Below, piece by piece: positions 27,698 to 38,537 of a DNA stretch of 64,000 bases. The translations under genes and the position numbers were made by a program. A model generated the notes under the pieces. It saw only the letters and a list, made by a program, of their open reading frames with translations. It did no database searches and was not told the DNA's origin. The DNA comes from the human T2T-CHM13v2.0 reference genome, Homo sapiens: the NCBI RefSeq assembly GCF_009914755.1, contig NC_060944.1; one strand, written 5' to 3'. Numbering within the stretch: the first letter of the stretch is position 1; every line of letters starts with the position of its first letter.

Positions 27698-29396
27698 TAG
27701 CAAGCTCACCCTACTCCAGCAGTGAGCTCTGTCATCATCCCCATTCTGCAGATAAGGAAATTGATGATGGTAGCACTGGCAGCAGGGCTGGGGCAGAATG
27801 ACAGGAGACAGCAGCAAGAAGGGTGGAGCCTGGACCTGCATGGTGTCAGGGTTAAACCCAAAGAATTATGAATTTTGTTGCTGTTGGTATCATTTTAATA
27901 GTCAAGGTGCTCTCATGGGGAAGAAAATACAGCACCTGCCAAAAGGAGACAGATGCTAAGTGACGTGTCCAAGCTCAAGCTGAAATGGCAACTTCCTGAG
28001 AGCAGGGGCGCTGACACTTTCTTCCCCAGGTCTGGAGACTTTAGAGCAGCATCTGACTCCCTGCAGGGACAGCACAGAGGGTTCACCAGGTTCTCAGTGC
28101 TAAGTCCTGGCCATATACCATCTTGTTGAACACTTCCAGCACTCTCTGATGTCACAGCTATCACCATTCCCAACACACTGATTGGGCCACATGCCCAGGG
28201 AGGCTGTGTGGGTCCAGGTGACAGAACAGGAAGGTAACAAAGCCAGGGTGGGAACCAGGTCTGCCTAATTCCAAAACCACCTTCCGTGCCAACTTCAGAA
28301 TTCACTTCCTTCTCAAGAGCCCCCCAACTCAACTTAGCTGCCCTCAAGCTCAAACCAATTTTAATGGCTTCTCCTTCCCTTTGCATTGGGCTATTGATCT
28401 TCATTTTCCAGGCTGGTTTTGGCAGTGAACCACTGTATTTTGGAAGTTTTATCAGGGGCTCATTCTGGCTTTAAGCTTTCATTAGCATAGTTAACTTCCA
28501 ATATATTGCAAAAATATTTCTTCACGTGTAGCTTCTAACTGCTTTGCCATCCAGATGGTTTTGAAATCAAGGAAGCTGCTGTATTTGCCTGGAGCTGGTT
28601 GTTTTGAATTTTGAGATTACAGCCTTGGTCAGAAGATAAGTGGCACAGCTGGCCACAGTGATTCATCTTCGAGAAGCACTTCACACAGTAGCAAGAGGAA
28701 GTCTCCATTGATAATTTTTTTTGTTTGTTTTAAGTAACTAATACGATTACGGGTCTCTATTCACATTAGATTTTTGGATGAGTGTATTTAAGTAATTTTC
28801 TTCTTAGTTTTTATTCTGGGTTTCAAGGCAGAGCTCCACATCAACTAATTTATTATGGAATAGCTTGTGATTTTGACCTAGTTAATCTGACTGTAAATGA
28901 TAACTTGCCATCGCAAAGTATATAGCGAGAGATAAAAGCAGAGCTGAAATTAGAAAAAAAAAATACAAGTTCGAAAAAAAAGCAGCAGCTATGGTTTCTC
29001 ATTTTCCCCCTCCAGCATAAATTGTTGAGTAATGAGATTTTTAAAAGCCAGAAATTGCTGTGGAGTGAACCAACACTGGCAGCTGGAGAACTGGCACCAG
29101 ACACATCTGGCCTGACAGGGTTTGAAGGAAGGTTCGCTGCAGTGGGTGACTACCCATACCGCAGCCTGGCTCCTGCGGCCGCCATGCGGACATGTTCAGA
29201 TACAAGAGGGAGGGAGAGCAAATGGGAAAAATCAACGTCCAAATTAGAAACTACCTAAGCTATGTTGTTTTTCTTGGGGCCCCACTGTGCCTTTGATTTC
29301 CTGATCGTTCAGAGCAAGAATAACAAAATCCGTCTAACCCAGTGATTTTGACGGATTCGTCTGAAAAACTACCTGTTGGGTTTGATCTGTTCATAC

Positions 29397-29615
29397 CAGT
29401 GATTCTCAACTGGGGGCCACTTTATCACCTGGAGACATGTGGTCATATCTGGAGACATTTTCAGTTATCATAACTAGGAGGAGGTGCAACTGGCATCTGT
29501 AGGAAGAGGGCAGGGATACTGCTAAGCACCCCAAAATGCACAGGACGGGCCCCTCATCCCCAACAAAGAATCCTCTGGTGCCAAATGTCAATAGCGGCGA
29601 GGTTAAGAACCCCTA
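29397..29615 (+). mobile_element. MER20 (hAT-Charlie)
   Basis: CAGTGATTCTCAACTGGGGG...CTGGAGACATTTT...CTGGCATCT...GCTAAGCACCCCAAAATGCACAGGAC...AAATGTCAATAGCGGCGAGGTTAAGAACCCCT matches the recalled MER20 consensus end to end. Confidence 0.88.
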
Positions 29616-30719
29616 ACGTGTGTGTACTCAATCTGAATTCTCTTGGTGGGGTGGCTGGTGTGCCATTATATATATAGTTTCTGGAACCTGGAGACATGAA
29701 GTTCAGGCGTGCCCAGCTCAGGCACCTAAATTATGTCAGTAGCTGAAGGATTAACTGGGTCCTGTTTCCTTTTACTAAAGCAAAAGGATCTCATCACCTG
29801 GTGATGTAGCCAGCGGTGAAAAGAGCTTTTCAAAGAAGCGTTCAGTGGAAAATAGTGCCCGGTGTAGAGCTGGGAGCTGCAGTGGCAGGCTGAACGGCAC
29901 CCTCCCCCTTTCTGGTGGCTGTGTCTGAATTGAGGGCAGGCTGCCCCCCTCTCTCGTCAGGCCCCCGGGCACTCTTGGCTTCTCTGCTGTTGAATCTGTC
30001 TGATTTGCTGTGGTGAAAGGTCACCGAGGAGCTGGGCAGCAAGACTCCCCAAGAGCCAGCCACGGCTCTACACTCACAGTGATTTCATTGGCATGACGGG
30101 AAGCTCCGGCCTGCCAAAGACAACAGCCATGTGCTGTGACTGAGACTGCAGGTTCCTGGGGCATGTGTCCCACCACTCTAGACTGTTCCATTCCCACTGG
30201 GTGCAACGGCCTGGAGGAGGCGGATGAGAGCAGATGGACACCCGGTTTCCCCATCCTGTCCTCCCTATCTCAGCACCCAGCAGAGGCGCGCTTCCACAGC
30301 TGGCCCCCTTGTCACCCTTTCCAGTTTGCATTTTCCTGCCCTTTCGAAAGAACCAGCAGGGGTGAGGTGGTCTATTTTCATGCTGATGATCAACTAACTC
30401 TGTGGCCAAGGACAGCTGTGTCACCTCTCGCTCCCAGACTGGCAGGGGAAGCGGCCCCTGGATGAATGTCCCTTTCGACAGGTGAATCTGCAACTCTTCA
30501 AACTGCGGAGGCACCCTCCCCTGACCCTCCTTCAGACCCCTGCCAGTTCTTCTCAAAACAGCTTGTTTAGAAATTTGGGGGCTGGGAAGAAAAGACTGTG
30601 ATTGAAGAGCTCCTCGAGGTGACTTAGACTTTGCTCCTTGCCTATACATGGAGCAGAGCGTGCTCTGTGGGACCGCGCAGCCCCTCTTCACCCCGGGGTT
30701 CTCGGCTGCCATTCCCTGA

Positions 30720-30955
30720 ACATGAGCTCAGTGCCAGGCAGCAAGTGGAGTGATCCTCCTGCACGTGCTCTCGTAATCTTCACAATCATCCCAGACGGAG
30801 GAGGGGATTTTGTGAGCCCATTTGACAGGAAAGAAAGTCAAGGCTGAGAGAGCCGATGGCCATGCTTACCCAAAGCCAGACGGGTTGATATGATGTTGAT
30901 CTGGGCTTCCCAGCCAGGTGGTCTAACTCCAGGGCCAGAATTCTCAGCCATTCAT
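30720..30955 (-). mobile_element. MIR (sense to APCDD1L), hosting the alternative exon
   Basis: Plus strand GTGCCAGGCA...TAATCTTCACAATCATCCC...CCCATTTGACAG...AGGCTGAGAGAG...CTTACCCAAAG...CCAGGTGGTCTAACTCCAG...TTCTCAGCCA is collinear with the reverse complement of the MIR consensus. Confidence 0.75.
30870..30951 (-). CDS. APCDD1L: Alternative APCDD1L first coding segment MAENSGPGVRPPGWEAQINIISTRLAL + 1 nt (phase-1 donor), MIR-derived
   Basis: Minus strand ATG GCT GAG AAT ... CTG GCT TTG G|GTAAGC is 82 nt with no stop and has the same phase as the exon 1 donor. 501-16+27=512 fits my recollection of 501-aa and 512-aa APCDD1L isoforms (recall, not verified). Confidence 0.65.
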
Positions 30956-31399
30956 AATGTGAGGGTGCTTGGGGATGAGCCCCCAGCTGGGCACACTTCA
31001 ACTGTGGTTACTGTCATTTTTGTCAGTGGTGACTGGGCCCCTGTGATGGCACACTCCAGTCAGCTGGCCTTTGTACAGTTTTGTCTACCCTACTCCCCAC
31101 CCCCACGAAGAGCCACCAGGGAACCCCTTAGTCCTGGAGAAGGCATTGACTACTCTACCAGGGGTTCCTGAAGCCCCTTGGTCCCCTTTGTCAGGCCTGC
31201 TGGGCACAACTCGAGCCTGGGGTCACTGCGCGCTCCCTAGCTTCTCCCCGAGTCCTGCTGCAGGAAGAAGCCCCGACCCCGCACAGGTCAGGATTCCGTG
31301 GGCAAAAACAACCCCAGTAACCTTGGTCTGAATAGCCGGGCTTGTCCCGCACCATGGGGGTCTCAGTGGGCCTGGGATCCTCCTGCATCTTCTTGGAGG

Positions 31400-32480
31400 C
31401 CCCGGTCCCACTGGGCCCGGCACAAAGGGCAGCTCTGGGTACCTACAGGCCAGGCCCCGACTGGCGCAGAGAGTGCAGCGGCTCTCATATTGCGAGGTGA
31501 CGCGACTCCCTCCCGCAGGCCCCAGGAAGCTCCTGGAGGCGCGCAGGTGCCGGCCAGGTGAGACTGGAGAAAGGCGCGCAGGGCGCAGCATAGCAGCCGC
31601 GTGGGCCGACCCAGGGCCGTAGTCCCCAAGGGCCCTTAGGGGACATTAGACGGCGAGCTCCCTCCCTTCCGAGCTCAGCCAGTTTGCCGGGTGGGGGAGG
31701 GTGGCACCTACCTCCCAAAAGCACCAGGACGCAAGCGTAGGGGAGCATGGCTGCGGGCATCCCGTCGGGGCTGGCAGGACCGCCCGCCGGGCGCTGCCAC
31801 GGTGCGCAAGGGGAGGCGCGGGCGCAGGGCTCTCGGACGGCTGCGGGCGCCGGCGGCCAGGCTGGAGTCCTGCGAAGAAGTTGCGAGGGTCCTGCGCCCC
31901 CCTCGGCGCTCACACGCGCTCAGCCTTCCCGGCTGTTGATAGTTGTAAGCGGAGCTGCGCACTCATAGGTCCAACTTGCCAGAAGAGGTGGAGACAGCCC
32001 CCGGCGAGGCGCGCACACCCGCGCAGCGCGCACAGCCCCCTGGTGCAGCTCCTGCCATTCAGACCCCCAGCCCTCCCCCAGATGTCCGTCCCCTGGCCGT
32101 CGCCTTCCCCAAAGTCTTCGCAGTGGGCAAGGAGGCCTCCCCCAAGCTCTGGTCCCGGCCAAGGCAGAGCGATGCGCTCCTTGCGTCAAAGCGCACCCCT
32201 AGCCAGGCCGTTCCCTGGAAGGGCAAGCGGGGCGGGGAGTTCCTCTAAGCCCCGCCAGTCCTGGGACCCCTGAAGTTTCTATTCAGGTCTTCCAGCTACT
32301 CCTGGAAAAGTCGCGTCAACTTGGATCCCAGCAAACCCAGAAGCGCAGTGAAAGTGGCCAACCCGGTCGCCTAGAAGCCAGCCCCGGCCTCTGTCTGTAA
32401 ATGAGGCCGTCACCCCCTCCCCACCACACCCAAACGCATCTAGGCAAAGTGTGGAGCCGACCAGGCGGGTTTTCCTCCTT
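31400..32480. promoter_or_regulatory. CpG island / bidirectional promoter of APCDD1L (-) and a divergent transcript (+)
   Basis: Very high GC and CpG density relative to the flanks; GC box GGGGCGGGG at 32229-32237; contains the APCDD1L start codon. Confidence 0.88.
31712..31760 (-). CDS. APCDD1L: APCDD1L coding exon 1 (signal peptide MPAAMLPYACVLVLLG + 1 nt, phase-1 donor)
   Basis: The minus strand reads GACGGG ATG CCC GCA GCC ATG CTC CCC TAC GCT TGC GTC CTG GTG CTT TTG GGA G|GTAGGT, inside a CpG island. It encodes a hydrophobic signal-like peptide that matches the APCDD1L N-terminus as I recall it (continuing AHTAPAAGEAGG in exon 2, not found in this window). Confidence 0.93.
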
Positions 32481-32867
32481 CTCGCAACTCCTCCTCCTGC
32501 CCCCCTCCCTCCCAAATCTCATCTGAGTGAGTCAGCTGAGGGTGGCAGCTCAGAAGCGAGGCAGCCGTGAGGCGGAGGACAGGCTGGGGAATCCCAAAGG
32601 GTGCGCTCCAGCCCCCAACCCAGGCACTGGGACTCTGGTGGCACCCTGGGTGGCAGGCAAGCCTTGAAATCAAGTGCACGAGCCTTGGAAAGGAGGACCG
32701 GGAGAGTTATGGCATTTATGAATGAAGAAGAGAAAGAGAATCACTCGGATGGGAAAAGTTAACTGGATTGTTCCCACCTGCATGGATCACCGGGTAACTG
32801 CAGTGGGACCGAGGGGGCGAGGCTGCGGGCTGGGGATGTGCGGGTTTCCTTGTGTTGCCACGAACCC

Positions 32868-33197
32868 AGAGAGGGAGAGGAAGAAGATGGAAAGAAAAAG
32901 GAAAAAGGGAAAGAAAGTAAGAGGGGAGAGAGGGGAAAACTGAGGATGAAGAGAGACAGAGAAGAGAGACCTGAGAGAGGGAGAGAAAGAAAGAGACAGA
33001 AAGAGAAATGAAAGTGAGGAAAGGGGAAACAGGCAGAGAAAGAGAGAGAAAGGGGAGGAAAGAGAAAGGGAAAAGAAAGGAGGGAGTGAAATCAACAGAA
33101 AAAAGAGAACCAGGAAGGAGGAGGGAGGGGGAGAGAGAAGAGAGAAGAGAGAGAAGAGAGAACAAGAGAGAAGAGAGAAGAAGAGAGAAGACAGAGA
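32868..33197. repeat. GA-rich polypurine tract
   Basis: About 330 bp of almost only A/G on the plus strand (GAGA/GGAAA/GAAGA units). Confidence 0.92.
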
Positions 33198-33824
33198 TGC
33201 GGTCTCCCTGGGGAAAGGTTTGGAGAACTGGGCCAGGCCTGTTTCCCGGGACTCACGAGTGAGCAGTCCACCTGCCCCTCTGGAGCATTTTATAGACTCA
33301 TTTGTCCCACTTTTGTGGGCTGATCATCCCACAGGGGAACAGGGGACACCACCTCACCTTTTGATTTCTTACCAGAAACTTGGGCGAGGCTTCCAGGAGC
33401 CACAAGAGCCCTTCAATCCACCCAGGGACCCCCGATGTGGGCCCACCAGCCATCCTTAGCTTTCCTCCTCTCCAGAGGCAACAGGGAATAGGAAAAAGTC
33501 CAGAGCAAGGCCACACCATGATCTTAACGCAAATGGAAATGTGAGGAAAACGATCAATTTGCTTCCTGAAAATGACATTTTTTTTTTCTGGTTTCTATGA
33601 GACTCGAGGTGGCCTTGCTGAAACTGAAATCGGTATGAGCTTTCCCTGGCAGACAATGGCCATTGTCACATATTAAATTCTCATGAAAGGGATAACTTTG
33701 TGGGCAAGAGGAGAGTTGTGCAGGGTGATTATTTATACTTGCATAATTGTGATTATTTGTGGCAATTATGGGTCTTTCAATGTACAAAATTTACAATTAT
33801 GGGTAGTTTAAAAACTACATGCTA

Positions 33825-34127
<303 letters not shown>

Positions 34128-34649
34128 TTAAAACTACATGCTATTCTGGCCATAATCATTTGAGACTTCAGTCTCTGGGCTTTCCGGATGTGGGTATTTC
34201 AAAGTCCCAGGCGGCTGATGGGGGTTCACGCATTAGTGGCATTTTGTGGGGAGAATGGGTGTTACATTGATGTCCTACATAGGGTCATAATTCAGTATTT
34301 TCAGAACTTATTGTACTGCTGTTAGAGATATGAACTTTTCCACAAAGTATGATGCTTGTGTATTAATAGTTGTACTGGCTTATTTATAAATGAGAGGATT
34401 TGCTGATAATTATTGAGACTGTGGCATGGGCCAGGCACTAGTTAGGTTGAGTACTTTATATGCATGTACTTTATACCTGAACAAATTGACAAGAAGTGGG
34501 AATTACGGTCAGGCCATTTTACAAACTGGGGCAACTGAGTTCAGAGAGTTTGGGCCACTGTCCTGAGGCCAGGCAGCTGGAAGGTGGCAGAACTCCCGGA
34601 TCCCTGCTTCCAACCACGGTGCTGTGTCTCCAGGACACGTCCTGTCTCA

Positions 34650-35005
<356 letters not shown>

Positions 35006-36367
35006 CTAAACCCCAGCTGTTGAGGCTGAGAGTTACAGGTGGGTCCTGCGCCTGCTGCATCCTCACCCTTGTGATGGGGCGACACTTGGGAGGGTGTGGG
35101 CAGCTGTAAAGGGCACTGGAGACTGACGGGTCCAGCGTTCCTCACTTTCCAGGTGAGGAAACAGAAGCGCAATGCAGGTGAGCTGACCCTGTTGAGGTAA
35201 CACAGATTTTACCCCACAAATAGAAAAAAGCAAAGAAAATGGACAAATAGTGTTTGAACAAGGCTGTCCTCAACTCACAAGCAGATCAAACAAGAGCAAA
35301 AGAAGGAACCGAAGCTAAAACTCATTTATTGTCTTCAAACATATATTTATTTTTAATCAAAAAAAGAAAAAAGTTATGTTATCCAGATCTTGCATTTTGC
35401 TCAGGGAAGGGTGATATACGCTTGGTTCCTGACCTCTTTCTTACCGAGTAATCGCTTGAGAGCTTTTGAAACGGCAGCAATCATAAGGCTGTTTTGGGGA
35501 GAAGCCTCAGCTCTGTGTTGGCCGTTAAGTCACGTCTGTGGGCATTATCGCATCTTGGCCTCCGTAGCTGGGCTTTCCTGGGCTGTTAACTGCAGGGGCC
35601 CTCGCTGGGTGGTCAGAGCTGCTGCGGGTGAGGTTTTGGGAGGATTCAGGGGGTCTTGCTGGGTGTGAGGGAAGCGGCCTTGAGTCAGATGTCTGTGAGT
35701 GGGACCCAGCCTTCTTGCTCCACGTTTATCTCCCACACCACCCCTTCCCCCAGAATCAAAGTCCAGGGGGAATCAGGAGGAAAGTATTGCAGAGCAGGGC
35801 CTCTTTTCCTTCCCCCTCCCCTCCAAATGCCTACCTCTTCATCCTTGTCCCTGTTAAAAACACCATGGGATCATAAGATCACCCCACAAAATCTTGCTAT
35901 AAAATGGTCTGTTTCCTCTGCTTGTTATCAGGGGTAACTGATCAAAGAAATGGTGCCCAGGCCTGGTTATCTAATAACCAAATAAACATCCAGGCAGCCT
36001 CCTGGGCCAAGAAGGGTAGGCAGGGGTAGCTCTGGATGAAGCAGGGGACAGGCCAGGGTGGGCTGGGCCCCTCTTGGTGACCATTTCTGCCTCCAGAGTG
36101 AGCATGCTGGCTCGGCCCAGAGTCGACCAGATCCTTATAACAACCTGCATGTTACAGATGAAGAAATTGAGGCAGAGAAAGCAAGTCTCTGTCCTTCAGA
36201 AATGCCTGGTGCACCCCTGAGCCTAGCACATGCCTTGTGCATAGTGGGGGCTCGCTGCACGTTTGCTGAGTGAATTAATGAGAGAGCAAATGAACTATCA
36301 CAGAATGAGCACTGGGTTTATCAGAAGACCTGACTTCAAATCATAATGCTACCACTTAGCCACTCAC

Positions 36368-36519
36368 CATGGCCGGTGCTAGGGGGAGGCGAACTTGTTC
36401 CCAGGGCTCACCATGTAATAGGCACTCACTCTTGGGTGGGCATAGGTGCAGATAGCCCCTCCAGGTGAATGCCTTCTCATAGTTTGAGCCCTGGGTGCCT
36501 CCCACTAGTCCCGGCCCTG
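36368..36519. mobile_element. MER96-like palindromic hAT MITE inserted in a MIR
   Basis: Ends CATGGCCGGTGCTAG and CTAGTCCCGGCCCTG; inner inverted arms AGGCACTCAC and GTGAATGCCT. Confidence 0.7.
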
Positions 36520-36963
36520 CAATTCCCTTTGCATCTGTTTCTTCCTCTGTAAAATAGGATGAAGCTGTGCCACCCTGTAGGAATTAGAAGACCATGTCCA
36601 GGAATTGAGCACTGGGTGCAGGATCCAGTCTTCTGAGGCCCTGAAACCACATGGTGAGAAGTTGAAGGTCACACAGCTGGTATGCAATGGAGCCTGGATG
36701 GAAACCTGGTCTGGGCTGGAAAGACTGGCTCCTCAGCTTGAACCTAAAATACCTAGGTCTTGAATGGCATCTTGTTCACCTGCCTCTGGGAAGGCAGGTT
36801 GTGGAAATACCTTGGGCTGTCTGGGAACTCACCCTCCAGCCCTTTAACCTGTATAGGTATTCTTGCTCTATCTGGCTATTGTGTGTATGGTGGGGGCTGG
36901 GGGATGATGGCATTGGAGGGCTTATCCTAGCACCTGGCACATAAATGTTAAGTGGATATATTT

Positions 36964-38537
36964 TGAATGAATGTATGAATTCGGTAGATGAATGGATGAG
37001 TGGGTGGGTGAGTGGGTGGGTGGATAAATGGATGGGTTGGTGGGTAGGTGGATAGATGTGTGACTGGGTGAGTGGATGGGTGGATGGGCTAATGGGTGGA
37101 TGGGTGGGTGGGTAGATGGATGGATGAATGGGTGAATAGATGGATAGGTGGATGGAGAGCAAGATGGATGGATGGATGGATGAATAGATGAATGGGTGGA
37201 TGGGTGGGTAGGTGGGTGGATGAGTGGATGGGTGGTAAGTGGGTGAATGGGTTAATGGGTGGATGAGTGGGGGGATGGATGGATAGATGGATGAATGGGT
37301 GAATGGGTGGGTGGATGGATAGATGGATGGATGAGTGAGTGGGTGAATGGAAGGGTAGGAGGATGGGTAGGTGGATGGGAGTGAGATGGATGGGTGGACG
37401 GATGGATAGATGGATGGATGAGTGGATGAGTGGGTGGATGGGTGGATGAATGGGTGGATGGGTCAGTAGGTGGATGAGCTGGTGGATTAATGGGTGGATG
37501 AGTGGGTGGGTAAATGGATAGATGGATAAATGGGTGAGTAGGTAGGTGAGTTAATGAGGGGATGATTGATTGAATGGGTGAGTAAATGGGTGGCTGGGTG
37601 GATGGGTGGGCAGATGGGTGGATGAGTGAGTGGGTAGGTGGGTGGATAGGTGGGTGGGTTAATGACTGAGTGAATGGATAGGTAGATCAGGGAGGGAGTG
37701 AGTGAGTGGGTGGGTGGATGGTTGGGTGGGTGGTTGGATAGGTGAATGGGTGAGTGGATGCATAGGTGATGGATGGGTAGGTGGGTGGGCTAATGGGTGG
37801 GTGTGTGAGTGGGTGAGTGTATGGGTGGGTGGGTGGGTGGATAGACGGGAGGGTGGATAGGTGTGTGGGTGGGCAGGTGGGTGGGTGGATAAGTGGGAGG
37901 GTGGATAGGTGGGTGGGTGGATAGGTGGGTGGGTGGGTGGGTGTATGGATAGGTGAATGGGTGAGTGGATGGATAGGTGACGGATGGGTAGGTGGGTGGG
38001 CTCATGAGTGGATGGGTGTGCAAGAAGGTTAGCGTATGGGTGGGTGGATAGATGGGAGGGTAGATAGGTGTGTGGGTGGATAGGTGGGAAGGTGGATGGG
38101 TGGGTGGATAGGTGGGTGGGTGGATAGGTGGGAGGGTGGATAGGCGGGAGGGTGGATAGGCGGGTGGGTGGATAGGCAGGTGGGTGGGTGGGTGGATGGA
38201 TAGGTGAATGGGTGAGTGGATAGATAGGTGATGGATGGGTAGGTGGGTGGGCTAATGAGTGGATGGGTGTGTGAGATGGTGAGTATATGGGTGGATGGGT
38301 GGGTGGGTGGATAGATGAGAGGGTGGATAGGTGTGTGGGTGGATAGGTGGGAAGATGGATAGGTGGGTGGGTGGATAGGTGGGAGGGTGGATAGGCAGGT
38401 GGGTGGGTGGATGGATAGGTGAATGGGTGAGTGCATGGATAGGTGATGGATGAGTAGATGGGTAGGCTAATGAGTGGATGGGTGTGTGACAGGGTGAGTG
38501 TATGGGTGGGTGGGTGGATGGGTGGGTGGGTGGATGA
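36964..38537. repeat. (GGAT)n/(GGGT)n complex simple repeat, about 1.6 kb
   Basis: Continuous TGGA/TGGG/TAGG units following an L2 3' end (CCTGGCACATAAATG...TTTTGAATGAATG). Confidence 0.95.

Noticed and set aside
31485-31913. 142-aa single-exon ORF over the CpG island
   Set aside because: Only the 16 codons up to the GTAGGT donor are APCDD1L. The rest is 5' leader and intron left open by high GC content, as are the other island ORFs.
36776-38436. Pro/His/Thr-rich minus-strand ORFs
   Set aside because: These are translations of the (CCAT/CCCA)n repeat.
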